64,000 bases of DNA from Bdellovibrionales bacterium (GTDB lineage: Bacteria; Bdellovibrionota; Bdellovibrionia; Bdellovibrionales; JAGQZY01). The notes below the pieces were generated by a model, which saw only the letters and a program-made list of their open reading frames with translations, did not search any database and was not told the origin of the DNA. Positions within the stretch are counted from its first letter, which is position 1. Every line of letters starts with the position of its first letter. A program made the translations under genes and the position numbers. The stretch covers positions 512,001 through 576,000 of the forward strand of contig CAXRHT010000003.1 in NCBI GenBank assembly GCA_964230645.1, written 5' to 3'. Below are positions 1 to 10,783 of the stretch, piece after piece.

Positions 1-1
1 A

Positions 2-3000
2 AGTACACTTGTGGCTCCTTTCCGTTTTACCGGGGCTGGTAATACCTTTCCGGGTGCCGGCGGAGACTGTGGAGCTCTGTTAGCTGGTGGAGCTAGTTGT
101 AGCATTGAAGTGGAATATGCTCCTTCCGCAGCTCCTGCAGCTGATAGTGGAACAATCACACTTGGCTACAATGATGGTGTTGCTGTTCAAAGTGTTGCAA
201 GGACTCTTTCTGGAACGGCAGTGACTCCCGCTAATATTACAATGGATCAAGCCGATCCTTATAATTTTGGAACACTCGCCCAAGGCGCTAGTCGAAACGT
301 TTTAATTACTTTAAGTAATGGCGGTGGCCATGGTGCGACTGCACTGAGTGAAACCACACTTTCTGGTGATTTTGATTTTACGGGAGCGGGCTTCCCCGGG
401 GCCAATGGTACTTGTACAGGAACATTAGCCAGTGGTTCAAGCTGTACTGTGGAAGTGGCCTTTTCTCCAACAGCGACAGGGGCTCTTTCTTCGACTCTGA
501 CTTTTCAATATAACAATGGGGCTTCCACTGTTACCGAGACAAAAGTTCTTAACGGTACCGGAGCGACTCCGGCTCTTGTGACAATCAGCGGTTCTGACCC
601 TGTGGATTTTGGAAGTGTGACTCAAGGATCAAGTACAAGTTTAACTCTCACTCTGAATAACACTGGAACGGTCAATGCTACAGGAATCAGTGGTGGTGGA
701 TTAACCGCTCCTTTTGCTTTTACTGGAGGATCCTATCCTGGATCGGCCGGAACTTGTGGTGATCCCATTTTACCGGCCACTCCTTGTACCATTGAGTTAC
801 AATTTTCCCCAACATCTCCTGTAGTTAGCACTTCGCAAGTGGATATCAACTACAACAATGGGGCGGGCGCTCAAACGAGTACCCGTACATTAACAGGTGA
901 AGGTATCGCTCCAGCTCTACTAACAATGAGTTTAGGCGATCCTTACGATTTTGGAACGGTAGCCAATGGCGGTGGTATCCGAAGTCAAAGTTTTACAATC
1001 ACGAATATTGGGTCAAGTTCTGCCACAGGTATGAATGAAATTGGTATGGGAGGAGACTTTGACTTCTACCTCACCACTTATCCAGGAAACGGTGGAAACT
1101 GTGGGGCCTCACTGCCTCCAGCTGGAACTTGTACGGTCGTTTTAGAGTTTACACCAACAAGTCTTGGACCTGCTGCCAGTACTTTTGATTTACAGTACAA
1201 CGATGGTGTTAATACACAAAATTTAACTAAAGATGTGCAAGGTGTGGGTGGGAATCCTGCGGTTCTCTCTATTTCTGATGGACCGACTTACAATTACCTA
1301 AGTAAAGCGATTGGGTCATCAACTTCTCACTTGTTTACTGTCACAAATACCGGGGCGGTGACGGCGATCTCTATGGCTGACGCCGGTACGCTCAATCCTC
1401 CATTTGTCTTTACCGGTAGTGGATATCCTGGGGACAACGGAGACTGTGGAGCGACTTTGGCTTCGAGTGCGACCTGTACTATTGAGGTGGCTTATGAACC
1501 GACAAGCCCAGGGTCTTCTACAGAAACTGTCACCTTAAGTTACAATGATTCCATCAACAATCAGACAGCTTCAGTGGGTGTCACTGGAACAGCGACGACA
1601 GCTGCCAACTTGAGTATTACTGGTGTAGACCCTGTCGATTTTGGCAGTGTCACTCAAGGGGCCTCCAGCAATGTGGTGTTTACTCTAAATAACTCCGGAG
1701 GAGTGGCCGCCACAGCAATCACTGAAGTTGGTATGAGTCTACCGTTCCGCTTTCGTGGAGGAAGTTATCCGGGAACCTCTGGAACATGTGGTACCAGTTT
1801 AAGTTCCGGTCTTTCTTGTGATATTGATGTCGAATTTTTACCAACGACATCTGGCTTTGTTTCACAGACAATAGATATCAATTATTTCAACGGACAGTCC
1901 ACTCAGAGTGTGACTCGCGACGTGCAAGGAACAGGACTCGATCCCGCTATACTTGGTATTTCTGAAGTGAATCCTTATAGTTTCGGCACAAGACCTATTG
2001 GCTCTTCAACACTTCACGTGTTTACAGTCACTAACACAGGTGGTTCTGAGGCCACCGGTATGGCCGGTGGACCACTGTCATCTCCTTACCGATTTGAGGG
2101 CGGAACTTATCCTGGAACTTCAGGAGATTGTGGAACCAATTTAATTGCTGCAGCTTCCTGTACTATTGCTGTTGAGTTTTTACCAGTAACGACAAATCCA
2201 AGTTACACCGACACAATTACGATCAACTATACGGATGGAGCCAGCGGACAAGTGTCCACTCGCGACATCGTCGGTGTTGCGGTGAATCCGGCGCAGTTAA
2301 GTATTTCTGAATCGGATCCTTACAATTTTGGCTCTCATCCCACCGGAGACAATGTTACTCATATATTTACTATCTCTAATACAGGTGGAGTGACAGCAAC
2401 GGGAATTGTAGAGAATGGTCTTGCCGCTCCTTTTACTTATGTTGGTGGAACTTATCCAGGGACTGGTGGAGACTGTAGTCCGAACCTCGCTGCTGGAGAC
2501 TCTTGTACAATAGAAGTTCAGTACACTCCTGCGACTGTGGCTACTCATCCTGATACAATCAGTTTTGATTACAATAATGGTGTGAATCCTCGGACGGAAA
2601 CTCGGGATGTGACTGGAACAGGTGTAACACCAGCCATTATCGATATCTCTGAATCCGACCCATATGACTTTGGATCGGTCGCCGAGATGAGCTCTAGAAC
2701 CCACTTTTTCACATTAACCAATAACGGAAGTGTCAACGCCACATCCATTACAGAATCAACTTTATCAGCCCCTTACCAGTTTGCTGGAGGCGGCGGATTC
2801 CCTGGTGCTGGTGGAGACTGTACGGCGACTCTGGCACCAGCTGCGAGCTGTACTATTGAAGTCGAGTTTGCTCCCACTACAACAGGTGTGTTCAATGACT
2901 CAATCACTATCCAATATAACAATGGAGCCAGTACCACATCTCGAATAAGAACGATCACTGGGACTGGTACATCAACGGCTAACCTTGTGATTACGGAGTC

Positions 3001-6000
3001 ACCTTCTTACGACTTTGGAAACGTCACAAGTGGTGGCGGAACAAGAACTCATATCTTCTCGATCACTAACACAGGTGGAGTGGACGCCACGGGCGTGCTC
3101 GGTGGTGGATTGTCTTCACCATTTAGTTATACAGGAGGTTCGTTCCCTGGTAGCGGTGGAAACTGTGCCGATCCAATCCCTGCTTCAAGCACTTGTCAGA
3201 TTGAAGTGAGTTTTACACCTGTGGCTAATGTTCTGACTTCCGATTCCATTGAAGTAGACTACAATGATGGTGTGGCTCCAAGACAAGTGACAAGACTTGT
3301 GCAAGGAACAGGTGTGGCTCCGGCTCTATTGACGATCTCTGAATCCGATCCTTATAGTTACGGCATCGTACCGATTTCTGGTGGTTTTAGAGATCATCTC
3401 TTCACTGTTACGAATAGCGGAAACTCTGTGGCGACTGGTATTTCTGAAATTGGTTTGGCAGCGCCTTTTGATTTTGCCGATGGCTCTTTCCCTGGAACGG
3501 GGGGAGATTGTGGTACTTCACTCGGAGTGGGGGCAAGTTGTGATATCGTGATTCGCTACACGGCTTCAGCCATTGGAGCTCAAGCCGATACCATCAGTTT
3601 ACAATATAACAATGGAGCTTCAAGCTCGACTTCCAATCGCGACGTTCAAGGAACAGGCGGACAACCCGCCACCTTAAGTATTACAGGAGCTGATCCTTAC
3701 AATTACGGCACAGTTTCCGTTGGTGCTACTGTAACTCAAACATTCACGGTACAAAACACCGGAGCTGTGGCAGCAACCAGTATTTCTGATGCTGGTACAA
3801 TGGCCGCTCCTTACACCTACCGTGGTGGATCGGGCTTTCCTGGAACGAGTGGAACCTGTACCGCCACAATCGCTCCGGGGGGCAGTTGCACCATTGTTGT
3901 CGATTACACTCCGAGTGCACTCGGTGCTCAAGCCGACGATATAGAATTACAATTTGATAATGGTGTGATCACAACCAGTTTCACTCACGGTGTGACTGGA
4001 ACAGGAGCCAGTGTTGCCAACTTAACCATCTCTGAGACGGAACCCTACGATTTTGGAACTGTTCCAGTTGGTGGAAATCTCGATCATATATTCACTATCA
4101 ATAACACCGGTGGGGTACCTGCTACAGGAATTACTGGAGTTGGGTTATCCGCTCCTTTTAGTTTCAGTGGCGGCGCTTTCCCTGGAACCAACGGAACTTG
4201 TGGAACAACCATCAACAACGGCGTTCCATGTACCATTGAGGTTCGCTATAGCCCTGCTGCAACAGGAACTTTAAGTAGCAATATTAACTTACAATACAAT
4301 AACGGAACTTCAGTGGTGAACTCCATTCGCGGGGTCCAAGGAACCGGAGCCGCTCCAGCTTCTTTGACGATTTCTGATGGACCTGGAAACTATAATTATG
4401 GCGTAGTCACCATTGGAAACTCGCCCACGCGCACATTTACCATTACAAACAATGGTGGTGTGGATGCCACAGCCATGTCCGGTTCGGGCTTGAGTGCTCC
4501 TTTCACATTTGCTGGTGGTAGTGGTTATCCCGGTGGAGGAACTTGTGGAGCGACCTTATTACCAACAGCCTCTTGTACTGTGGTTGTGGAATACGCTCCT
4601 TCGGCGACCGGAACACTCAATGACACGATTGAAATCTCTTTCAATGATGGAGTCGGTGTACAAACAGCGACAAGAGGTGTACAGGGTACCGGTCAAAACC
4701 CTGGACTCTTAACGATCAGCGATGGTCCTACTCATAGTTTTGGTACAGTGACAGTTGGTAACTCAAGAGACTATACTTTCACAGTTCAATACACAGGCGA
4801 CGCTTCGGCCACATCGGTGGCTGATGGTGCAGGCTTAGCGGCTCCTTTTGATTGGAAAGATGGTGTTTATCCTGGAACGGGTGGAACTTGTGGTACTTCA
4901 ATTAGTGCGGACTGTACAATCGTTGTTACCTATGCTCCAACTCTTGCCAGTGCCGGGGATAACGACCAAATCGTGATCAATTACAACAATGGTGCCAATG
5001 CAGTGAATGCCACTCGTGATATTACGGGTGTGGCTGCCGATCCAGCTCTTCTTACAATTTCAGAAACCGATGGTTACAGCTTAGGAAATGTTGTAACCAA
5101 TGCCACCACCTCCCATGTCTTTATCGTAACGAACACAGGGAACACGGATGCAACAAGTGTGTCAGAAATCGGAATCGGAGCTCCTTACAGATACCGTGGT
5201 GGCTCTTACCCAGGAACCAGTGGTAACTGTGGCGGCACATTAACAGCGGGTAACAACTGTAGCCTTGATATCGAATTTGCTCCAGTGGCCACGGGTGCTG
5301 CTCCAGAAACAATCAATGTGAGTTATAACAATGGTGTGAGCACTCAAAGTGTGCAGAGAAATATTACTGCCACCGGTATTGCTCCTGCTAACATCACAAT
5401 TTCAGAAACCGACCCTTATGATTTTGCAACGGTCGCCATTGGTAGTTCAAGAGCTCGATTGTTAACTCTAGAAAACACAGGCGCAGCAACAGCCACTGGA
5501 ATGACAGGGGCGGGGCTTGCCGGACAATTCTCTTTTAGAGGAGGCGGAGGTTATCCTGGTGCTGGTGGAGACTGTGATGCTGATCTAACGCCTGGCGAGA
5601 CTTGTTTGATCGAGGTGGCCTTTGCACCAACGGCCACTGGTCTTGATAGTGATACAATTGATATTAACTACAACGATGGCGCTGCGGCCCAAACTTCAAG
5701 CCGTGATGTACAAGGAACTGGAGCCAACCCCGCTCTCCTTACTATCAGTGAATCCGATCCGTTCAACTTTGGAACACATGCGACAGGCTCAACTGCTGAA
5801 TACACTTTCACAGTGACAAACTCGGGAGGAGTCAATGCAACAGCCGTAGCCGATGGACTTGGTTTAGCCGCTCCTTACGACTGGAAAAATGGAACCTATC
5901 CTGGAACTGGTGGTACCTGTGGTACCACTATTACAACAAGCACACCATGTACCGTGGTCGTGACTTTCTCGCCTACAATTGCCGGAACACAAAATGATGC

Positions 6001-6418
6001 CATCGTGATCAACTATAATAACGGTGTGGGTGTTGTGAACACTCAAAGGCAAGTAGAGGGTGTTGGAGCTGATGCCGCTAATCTGACAATATCTGACGGT
6101 CCTACCTTCGATTGGAATATTGTGACTGTTGGTTTTAGTGCTCAATACACTTTCACCATTACCAATACAGGTGATATTTCTGCCACTTCAGTGGGAGGAA
6201 CCGGTCTTGGTTCTCCTTATTCTTTCTTTGGTGGCAGTGGCTATCCCGGTGGCGGAACTTGTTTAACCAGTATTGCCCCAGGAGCTTCTTGTACTGTAAT
6301 TGTTGAATTTACGCCGACGGGCTCGGGTACTGCTAATGATACCATGCAAATCACATACAATGATGGTGTGACGTCGCAAATTTCCAATCGTGATATGACA
6401 GCCACGGGCTATGAAAAT
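2..6418 (+). repeat. Intragenic tandem protein repeats, ~345-bp period, two Cys per unit
   Basis: Counted directly in the translation. Units are diverged at the DNA level but keep the C-x7-10-C pair and the YNNG/YNDG motif. Confidence 0.9.
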
Positions 6419-8296
6419 AACGCCGTTGTTTCACTGCAAAACCCTGCAACGAGTCCTAACAATGTTTCAACACCTACGATTCGTATCAACAACTTGGTGG
6501 CTGGTGTGACTTCAAGACTATATAGTGATGCGGGTTGTGCCAACGAAGTGAGTACAGACGTCGCTGTCAGTGCCACAACCGATGCCACCTCTTCCATCTT
6601 GACGGACAACACTTACGAGTTCCATGTCAGAGTAGAAGACTCCTATGGAAACATCACCGCGTGTTCAACAAGTAGTGTGGATTATATCCTGGACACAGGA
6701 ACTCCAGATCCTTCATTGTGGACATGGCTCATGAACAGTCCCAATGATGGGACGACTTCCTCTGATCCTACGCCTCAAATTAATATGAGTAGTGCCACCG
6801 GAGAGAATGGAACTTCTGTACAGCTTTACGATGAGGCGACCTGTACGAACAACGTAGGTTCACCCAGAACTGTGGCTTCGCAAGCCGCGAGTTTTACAGA
6901 TATCAGCTATCTTACCAATGGTACTCAAGACGGGCAGAAGACCTACTTCGCCATCGCTTCAGACATAGCCGGTAATATTTCAGGTTGTACACCAGTAGGA
7001 CTTGATTACTTCCTTGATCAAGTGAATCCGAACGCGGCCTCTGGACTTGCAACTGCAAGCGTTTGGCACACTCCCGATACCGCTTCAGCTCCACAATTTT
7101 CTTGGGCCGCCGTATCTGATCCAGCTCCATCAAGTGGGGTGGACAGAATTGAAGTGGCAATTTCTACCCAAGTCGGTGGTGGAAACGAAGCTGGAGGCTG
7201 GACAGCGCTTGCACCGGGAGCGACATCTCACACCTACTCTTCGGGCTTAGCACTAACAGAGTGTTCACCTTATTACCCAAGCATTCGAGTGGTTGATAAC
7301 GCACAGAACGTTTCAAATACCGTTACAGCCCCGTCATTTAGAGTGGACATCACCAACCCGACCGATCCTGTGATCTCTAGAGGTACAAATCAAAATACCA
7401 CTCAATCACCTACAATTAATATTGATACGGCGAGTACCGATAATTGTTCTTTCAGTCAGTACCAAGCTCTTGTTTCTAGAGACACCAACGACAATGGTTC
7501 TTTAGATCCAGGTGAAGAAGGAAACGTTCAAGCTTGGACCAATATTGGTAATGTGGCGACTTATCAATACTCGGGTGCTCTTGCTCCAGGAAGTCGTTAC
7601 ATTGTTTCTATCCGGGGAGTGGACGCTGCTGGTAGAACAAGTAACACGGTTAGCACTGATGCTTGGGGAATTCCAATCGAGTATATCGGTAGTTGGCAGC
7701 AAGGTCTCACCCATGTACCAACAGCTGGATCCAGTCGAATGCTGTTCGTAACAATGGCGATGGATGTTGAAAACAGTGATTCCGACCTTATCGCGATGAC
7801 CTATGGTGGACAGGCGATGTTCCAAGTGGGAGAAGCAAATGCGACAGCCACCAACAACTGGACCACGCGTACTGAAATTTGGGCTTGTAATGAGGCTTGT
7901 ATTTCTGCTGCGACAAACAATAACATCAACCCAACTTTTGCGAATGGTGCTGCAAAACATCCAAATTATGCGAGCGCGATGTTCCAATATGTTAATCAAG
8001 CTTCGCCAGTTTTTGATACAGCCAATAATCAGTCAACCAGTGCGCAAAACCTGACGACTCCGCTACTCAATGAAAATGAGACGGGCTTAAATGTGGCTTC
8101 TGTGGGTCATGGTAACACGGCTGTTTTCCTCGCTGTACCTCCTGGTTATACCGAATCAGGCGGTCAGACAAGTGCCCAATCTGAGCACAACTCTGGGCAT
8201 CTGGTCATTCAGACGGATGGAGCCAACACATATTTCTTTAACTCTAACAGCACACAACGTATGGCTGCGGTTGTTGTCCATATTAACCCTCAGTAG
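2..8296 (+). CDS. Giant secreted/surface repeat protein, 5'-truncated; choice-of-anchor D / ASH-like Ig repeats, then Ig/FN3-like domains and a unique C-terminal domain
   Basis: The frame is open from base 2 (AGT ACA CTT GTG...), so the track start at 11 is not the true start. There are 18 full plus 1 partial ~114-116-aa repeats, consensus LTIS(E/D)xDPYDFG...FTxTNTG...(Y/F)PGxxGxC...C...YNNG...GTG. These are followed by Ig-like units (VEDSYGN, ASDIAGN, VDNAQN, VDAAGRTS). Confidence 0.85.
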   Translation, partial: STLVAPFRFTGAGNTFPGAGGDCGALLAGGASCSIEVEYAPSAAPAADSGTITLGYNDGVAVQSVARTLSGTAVTPANITMDQADPYNFGTLAQGASRNVLITLSNGGGHGATALSETTLSGDFDFTGAGFPGANGTCTGTLASGSSCTVEVAFSPTATGALSSTLTFQYNNGASTVTETKVLNGTGATPALVTISGSDPVDFGSVTQGSSTSLTLTLNNTGTVNATGISGGGLTAPFAFTGGSYPGSAGTCGDPILPATPCTIELQFSPTSPVVSTSQVDINYNNGAGAQTSTRTLTGEGIAPALLTMSLGDPYDFGTVANGGGIRSQSFTITNIGSSSATGMNEIGMGGDFDFYLTTYPGNGGNCGASLPPAGTCTVVLEFTPTSLGPAASTFDLQYNDGVNTQNLTKDVQGVGGNPAVLSISDGPTYNYLSKAIGSSTSHLFTVTNTGAVTAISMADAGTLNPPFVFTGSGYPGDNGDCGATLASSATCTIEVAYEPTSPGSSTETVTLSYNDSINNQTASVGVTGTATTAANLSITGVDPVDFGSVTQGASSNVVFTLNNSGGVAATAITEVGMSLPFRFRGGSYPGTSGTCGTSLSSGLSCDIDVEFLPTTSGFVSQTIDINYFNGQSTQSVTRDVQGTGLDPAILGISEVNPYSFGTRPIGSSTLHVFTVTNTGGSEATGMAGGPLSSPYRFEGGTYPGTSGDCGTNLIAAASCTIAVEFLPVTTNPSYTDTITINYTDGASGQVSTRDIVGVAVNPAQLSISESDPYNFGSHPTGDNVTHIFTISNTGGVTATGIVENGLAAPFTYVGGTYPGTGGDCSPNLAAGDSCTIEVQYTPATVATHPDTISFDYNNGVNPRTETRDVTGTGVTPAIIDISESDPYDFGSVAEMSSRTHFFTLTNNGSVNATSITESTLSAPYQFAGGGGFPGAGGDCTATLAPAASCTIEVEFAPTTTGVFNDSITIQYNNGASTTSRIRTITGTGTSTANLVITESPSYDFGNVTSGGGTRTHIFSITNTGGVDATGVLGGGLSSPFSYTGGSFPGSGGNCADPIPASSTCQIEVSFTPVANVLTSDSIEVDYNDGVAPRQVTRLVQGTGVAPALLTISESDPYSYGIVPISGGFRDHLFTVTNSGNSVATGISEIGLAAPFDFADGSFPGTGGDCGTSLGVGASCDIVIRYTASAIGAQADTISLQYNNGASSSTSNRDVQGTGGQPATLSITGADPYNYGTVSVGATVTQTFTVQNTGAVAATSISDAGTMAAPYTYRGGSGFPGTSGTCTATIAPGGSCTIVVDYTPSALGAQADDIELQFDNGVITTSFTHGVTGTGASVANLTISETEPYDFGTVPVGGNLDHIFTINNTGGVPATGITGVGLSAPFSFSGGAFPGTNGTCGTTINNGVPCTIEVRYSPAATGTLSSNINLQYNNGTSVVNSIRGVQGTGAAPASLTISDGPGNYNYGVVTIGNSPTRTFTITNNGGVDATAMSGSGLSAPFTFAGGSGYPGGGTCGATLLPTASCTVVVEYAPSATGTLNDTIEISFNDGVGVQTATRGVQGTGQNPGLLTISDGPTHSFGTVTVGNSRDYTFTVQYTGDASATSVADGAGLAAPFDWKDGVYPGTGGTCGTSISADCTIVVTYAPTLASAGDNDQIVINYNNGANAVNATRDITGVAADPALLTISETDGYSLGNVVTNATTSHVFIVTNTGNTDATSVSEIGIGAPYRYRGGSYPGTSGNCGGTLTAGNNCSLDIEFAPVATGAAPETINVSYNNGVSTQSVQRNITATGIAPANITISETDPYDFATVAIGSSRARLLTLENTGAATATGMTGAGLAGQFSFRGGGGYPGAGGDCDADLTPGETCLIEVAFAPTATGLDSDTIDINYNDGAAAQTSSRDVQGTGANPALLTISESDPFNFGTHATGSTAEYTFTVTNSGGVNATAVADGLGLAAPYDWKNGTYPGTGGTCGTTITTSTPCTVVVTFSPTIAGTQNDAIVINYNNGVGVVNTQRQVEGVGADAANLTISDGPTFDWNIVTVGFSAQYTFTITNTGDISATSVGGTGLGSPYSFFGGSGYPGGGTCLTSIAPGASCTVIVEFTPTGSGTANDTMQITYNDGVTSQISNRDMTATGYENNAVVSLQNPATSPNNVSTPTIRINNLVAGVTSRLYSDAGCANEVSTDVAVSATTDATSSILTDNTYEFHVRVEDSYGNITACSTSSVDYILDTGTPDPSLWTWLMNSPNDGTTSSDPTPQINMSSATGENGTSVQLYDEATCTNNVGSPRTVASQAASFTDISYLTNGTQDGQKTYFAIASDIAGNISGCTPVGLDYFLDQVNPNAASGLATASVWHTPDTASAPQFSWAAVSDPAPSSGVDRIEVAISTQVGGGNEAGGWTALAPGATSHTYSSGLALTECSPYYPSIRVVDNAQNVSNTVTAPSFRVDITNPTDPVISRGTNQNTTQSPTINIDTASTDNCSFSQYQALVSRDTNDNGSLDPGEEGNVQAWTNIGNVATYQYSGALAPGSRYIVSIRGVDAAGRTSNTVSTDAWGIPIEYIGSWQQGLTHVPTAGSSRMLFVTMAMDVENSDSDLIAMTYGGQAMFQVGEANATATNNWTTRTEIWACNEACISAATNNNINPTFANGAAKHPNYASAMFQYVNQASPVFDTANNQSTSAQNLTTPLLNENETGLNVASVGHGNTAVFLAVPPGYTESGGQTSAQSEHNSGHLVIQTDGANTYFFNSNSTQRMAAVVVHINPQ

Positions 8297-8305
8297 GAGA
8301 GTGCA

Positions 8306-8761
8306 ATGAAGATGGTTGTTATCTTATTAACATTTCTAAGCATACAGGCCCAGGTTGAGCCCGAAGGCTCCTACACCCAAGAAGAATTGGCGGAAGTGAC
8401 CGACTATCTAACCCTGCTTCAATCTATCCCTTTTCCTTGTGACGAATTAGAGGGAGAAAAAAAATGTGAGAAAAATCTAATTTACGATAAAGCCACTGAT
8501 CAGATTCATGTAATAGTGAGTGATAATCGTAAAAAAGAAAATGGTGATTTAGACATCAATGAAGTTTTACGTGATCCCTCGTCTTACGGCGGAAATCTGA
8601 ACTCTATCAATCTCAGAGAAGAGTTCAATAACGAAGAACATCCCTTCAAATCGGTGCAAGCTCAATTCGTTAGGGATGAAAACGACAAAAAGAATCTCAA
8701 CAAACAGAAAATTAAAATCCAGGTTCGCTTTGGTGATCAGGCTCTCCAAAAAGAGTTTTAA
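8306..8761 (+). CDS. Small secreted hypothetical protein
   Basis: AGGAGAG RBS directly after the upstream stop; hydrophobic N-terminus ending AQ; one Cys pair. Confidence 0.7.
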   Translation: MKMVVILLTFLSIQAQVEPEGSYTQEELAEVTDYLTLLQSIPFPCDELEGEKKCEKNLIYDKATDQIHVIVSDNRKKENGDLDINEVLRDPSSYGGNLNSINLREEFNNEEHPFKSVQAQFVRDENDKKNLNKQKIKIQVRFGDQALQKEF

Positions 8762-8844
8762 AAAGTAAATTTCCCCCCAATCAATCATGACTCATCTTTG
8801 CATCATCTTTTGTTTTTTTAACGAGAATAAAGTTTAATTAAACC

Positions 8845-10020
8845 ATGACCTTAACAAATCTCTTAAAAATAATATTTCTGCTTCTACTAGTCAGTTGCTC
8901 TTGGTTTCAGTCAAAACCAAGCCCACAAAATAAAAATCAGCCCAAAATGGTTAAGGCTAAAGAGGAGTGGGGTGAGAAACCTCTTTTCGAATTGAAAGAA
9001 CTGCGAGAAGACCTTCTTGCAAAATCGGGTCCCTTCGAATTGAGTAGGAAAGAAATCGAGCAGGACACTTACCTTATTGACCTGCAAAAACAACACAGAA
9101 AAGCTCTTGAGAGACAAAAAAGAGGAGAGCTCAGCGAAAAGCATTATTTGCCAGCTTCTTTAGAGTCCGAAATTTTTCGGAGAAAACTCTTTCTAATTGA
9201 TCGAAAAATTAAAAACAAAGCTCTTGTTGCCGAAGCGAAAAAAGTAGGGATGCCTCTAAGAGAATTCACTCAAAAGTACGTTTTTGTAAAAGTTCAGGAA
9301 CAAGTCAGTGACACTCTCATTGAGAATTACAAGAACAGTCATAGTGTCCCTAATGTCACAAATCCCAATGAATGGATACGACAGCAAATCGTTGAAGACA
9401 ACAAACAGCGCTCACAAGATTATTTTCTCGAAAAATTTGTGCTTAAGCTCCCTATTGAAGTGAATCTTAAAGCACCTAGTTTTCCTTTGGATGTGAAAAC
9501 CGAATGGGTTCCAAGTGAGGGACCTAAAAACTCAAGTCTCCCGGTGCATCTATTTGCCGACTCCATTAGCTCCCCTAATATTAAAGCCACAAAAGCTTTG
9601 CTTGATGTGGCTTCTCGTTTTGAAAATCTTTATGTGGGAATTCATCCCATCATCAATGCGAAAGAGCCTTTCCGCTACATGGGAGCTATGATCCGATTTT
9701 GTGTCAACGATACAAGTCCCAACGTTTATTTTGAATTTTTAGAAAAGTCTTTAGGAAATCACAAACAGGAAACGGAATCAGTTCTTCTCAATTTAGCCGA
9801 TGAGATGGGCCTGCCAAGAAATGAAATTTTCGATTGTCTCAGAGAACAAAAATTCAAAGATGTTCTAGCTTATCATAGTGAGTTCAACCAGTATCTTGGG
9901 ATTCAAGCCGGACCGATTCTTTACGTCGATGGGGAGATCCTGACCGGAGCTTTCGGGGAAAAGCAAATTGAGGCTATTTTTTGTCGCAAACTCAATTTGA
10001 ACTGTTCAGCCATGTGGTAA
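8845..10020 (+). CDS. Lipoprotein with an N-terminal helical (SurA-N-like) region and a DsbA/thioredoxin-like fold lacking CxxC
   Basis: Lipobox LVSC. GPKNSSLPVHLFADSISSPN aligns to the DsbA-like G.xxAPVTIVEFSDFQCPFC, and GIQAGPILYVDG aligns to GVxGTPTFFING. Confidence 0.65.
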   Translation: MTLTNLLKIIFLLLLVSCSWFQSKPSPQNKNQPKMVKAKEEWGEKPLFELKELREDLLAKSGPFELSRKEIEQDTYLIDLQKQHRKALERQKRGELSEKHYLPASLESEIFRRKLFLIDRKIKNKALVAEAKKVGMPLREFTQKYVFVKVQEQVSDTLIENYKNSHSVPNVTNPNEWIRQQIVEDNKQRSQDYFLEKFVLKLPIEVNLKAPSFPLDVKTEWVPSEGPKNSSLPVHLFADSISSPNIKATKALLDVASRFENLYVGIHPIINAKEPFRYMGAMIRFCVNDTSPNVYFEFLEKSLGNHKQETESVLLNLADEMGLPRNEIFDCLREQKFKDVLAYHSEFNQYLGIQAGPILYVDGEILTGAFGEKQIEAIFCRKLNLNCSAMW

Positions 10021-10200
10021 AATTTATCAAATTTCTCAGCCGGCTATGTTTTTAAACAAAGCTTTCCCGAAGCTTGTGAACATTTTTCATTTAAGATTCA
10101 TTTAAGAATAAACCTACATAAATGGTGCTTAAATTCTTAAAGAGTTCTCGGACCGATAGTGGCAGATATCTCTTTCATTTAATTTTTATGGAGGATACCT

Positions 10201-10728
10201 ATGAAGAGGTTGTTGTTGTTCGTTGTCGTTAGTTTTTTTAGTTTTGGAGTCATGGCTCAAGAAGATTTAAAGCATGATGCTAATATTCGTTTAAATCCTG
10301 TCGGATTACTTTTTGGGGTGGCCAATCTTGGGGCTGATTTTGCCGTGAACGAAAACTTCACTTTAGGAGGTAATGTCAGTTATTGGAATCTTGATGTTGG
10401 CAGCTCTGAGGCGGACGTTTTTGGATACGGAGTAAGAGGGCAGTTGTTTTTTGATGAGGTCTTTACGGACAGTTGGTACGCGGCCGCCTCTGTTTCTTTA
10501 AGTCAGGCTCGTGCTCGTAATACCAATTCTGGTAACGAAGCCTCTGTCGATGGGTTCACGATTAGTGGTATTATTGGTTATATGTGGATCTGGGACAATT
10601 TTAATATGCAATTGGGCGGTGGAGTTCAGATTATTAACCTTGATGAGACGGCCAACTCCGATATCGATTTCGCTGGTCTCGGAGGAACCCTTCCCACGAT
10701 CGAATACAGTTTAGGTTGGGCGTTTTAA
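10201..10728 (+). CDS. Small outer-membrane beta-barrel protein (DUF3575-like)
   Basis: GGAGG RBS, signal peptide (VMA-Q), NIRLNPVGLLFG start, alternating beta-strand pattern and C-terminal LGWAF. Confidence 0.75.
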   Translation: MKRLLLFVVVSFFSFGVMAQEDLKHDANIRLNPVGLLFGVANLGADFAVNENFTLGGNVSYWNLDVGSSEADVFGYGVRGQLFFDEVFTDSWYAAASVSLSQARARNTNSGNEASVDGFTISGIIGYMWIWDNFNMQLGGGVQIINLDETANSDIDFAGLGGTLPTIEYSLGWAF

Positions 10729-10740
10729 AGCCGAACCCGT

Positions 10741-10769
10741 CTCTCCTATCAATCCTATCGATAGGAGAG
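10741..10769. terminator. Hairpin between convergent genes (possible bidirectional terminator)
   Basis: Perfect 10-bp inverted repeat CTCTCCTATC...GATAGGAGAG; the U-tracts are weak. Confidence 0.55.
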
Positions 10770-10783
10770 TTGTATTTATGGAT

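Noticed and set aside
80..8309. Many short alternative-frame and antisense ORFs inside the left giant gene (likewise within 55629-63420)
   Set aside because: These are shadow ORFs from codon bias; they have no motifs and are fully overlapped by convincing long genes.
10137..10159. Sigma-28 promoter (ACCGATAG) upstream of the beta-barrel gene
   Set aside because: The nearest TAAA boxes are at the wrong spacing (10 or 18 nt).
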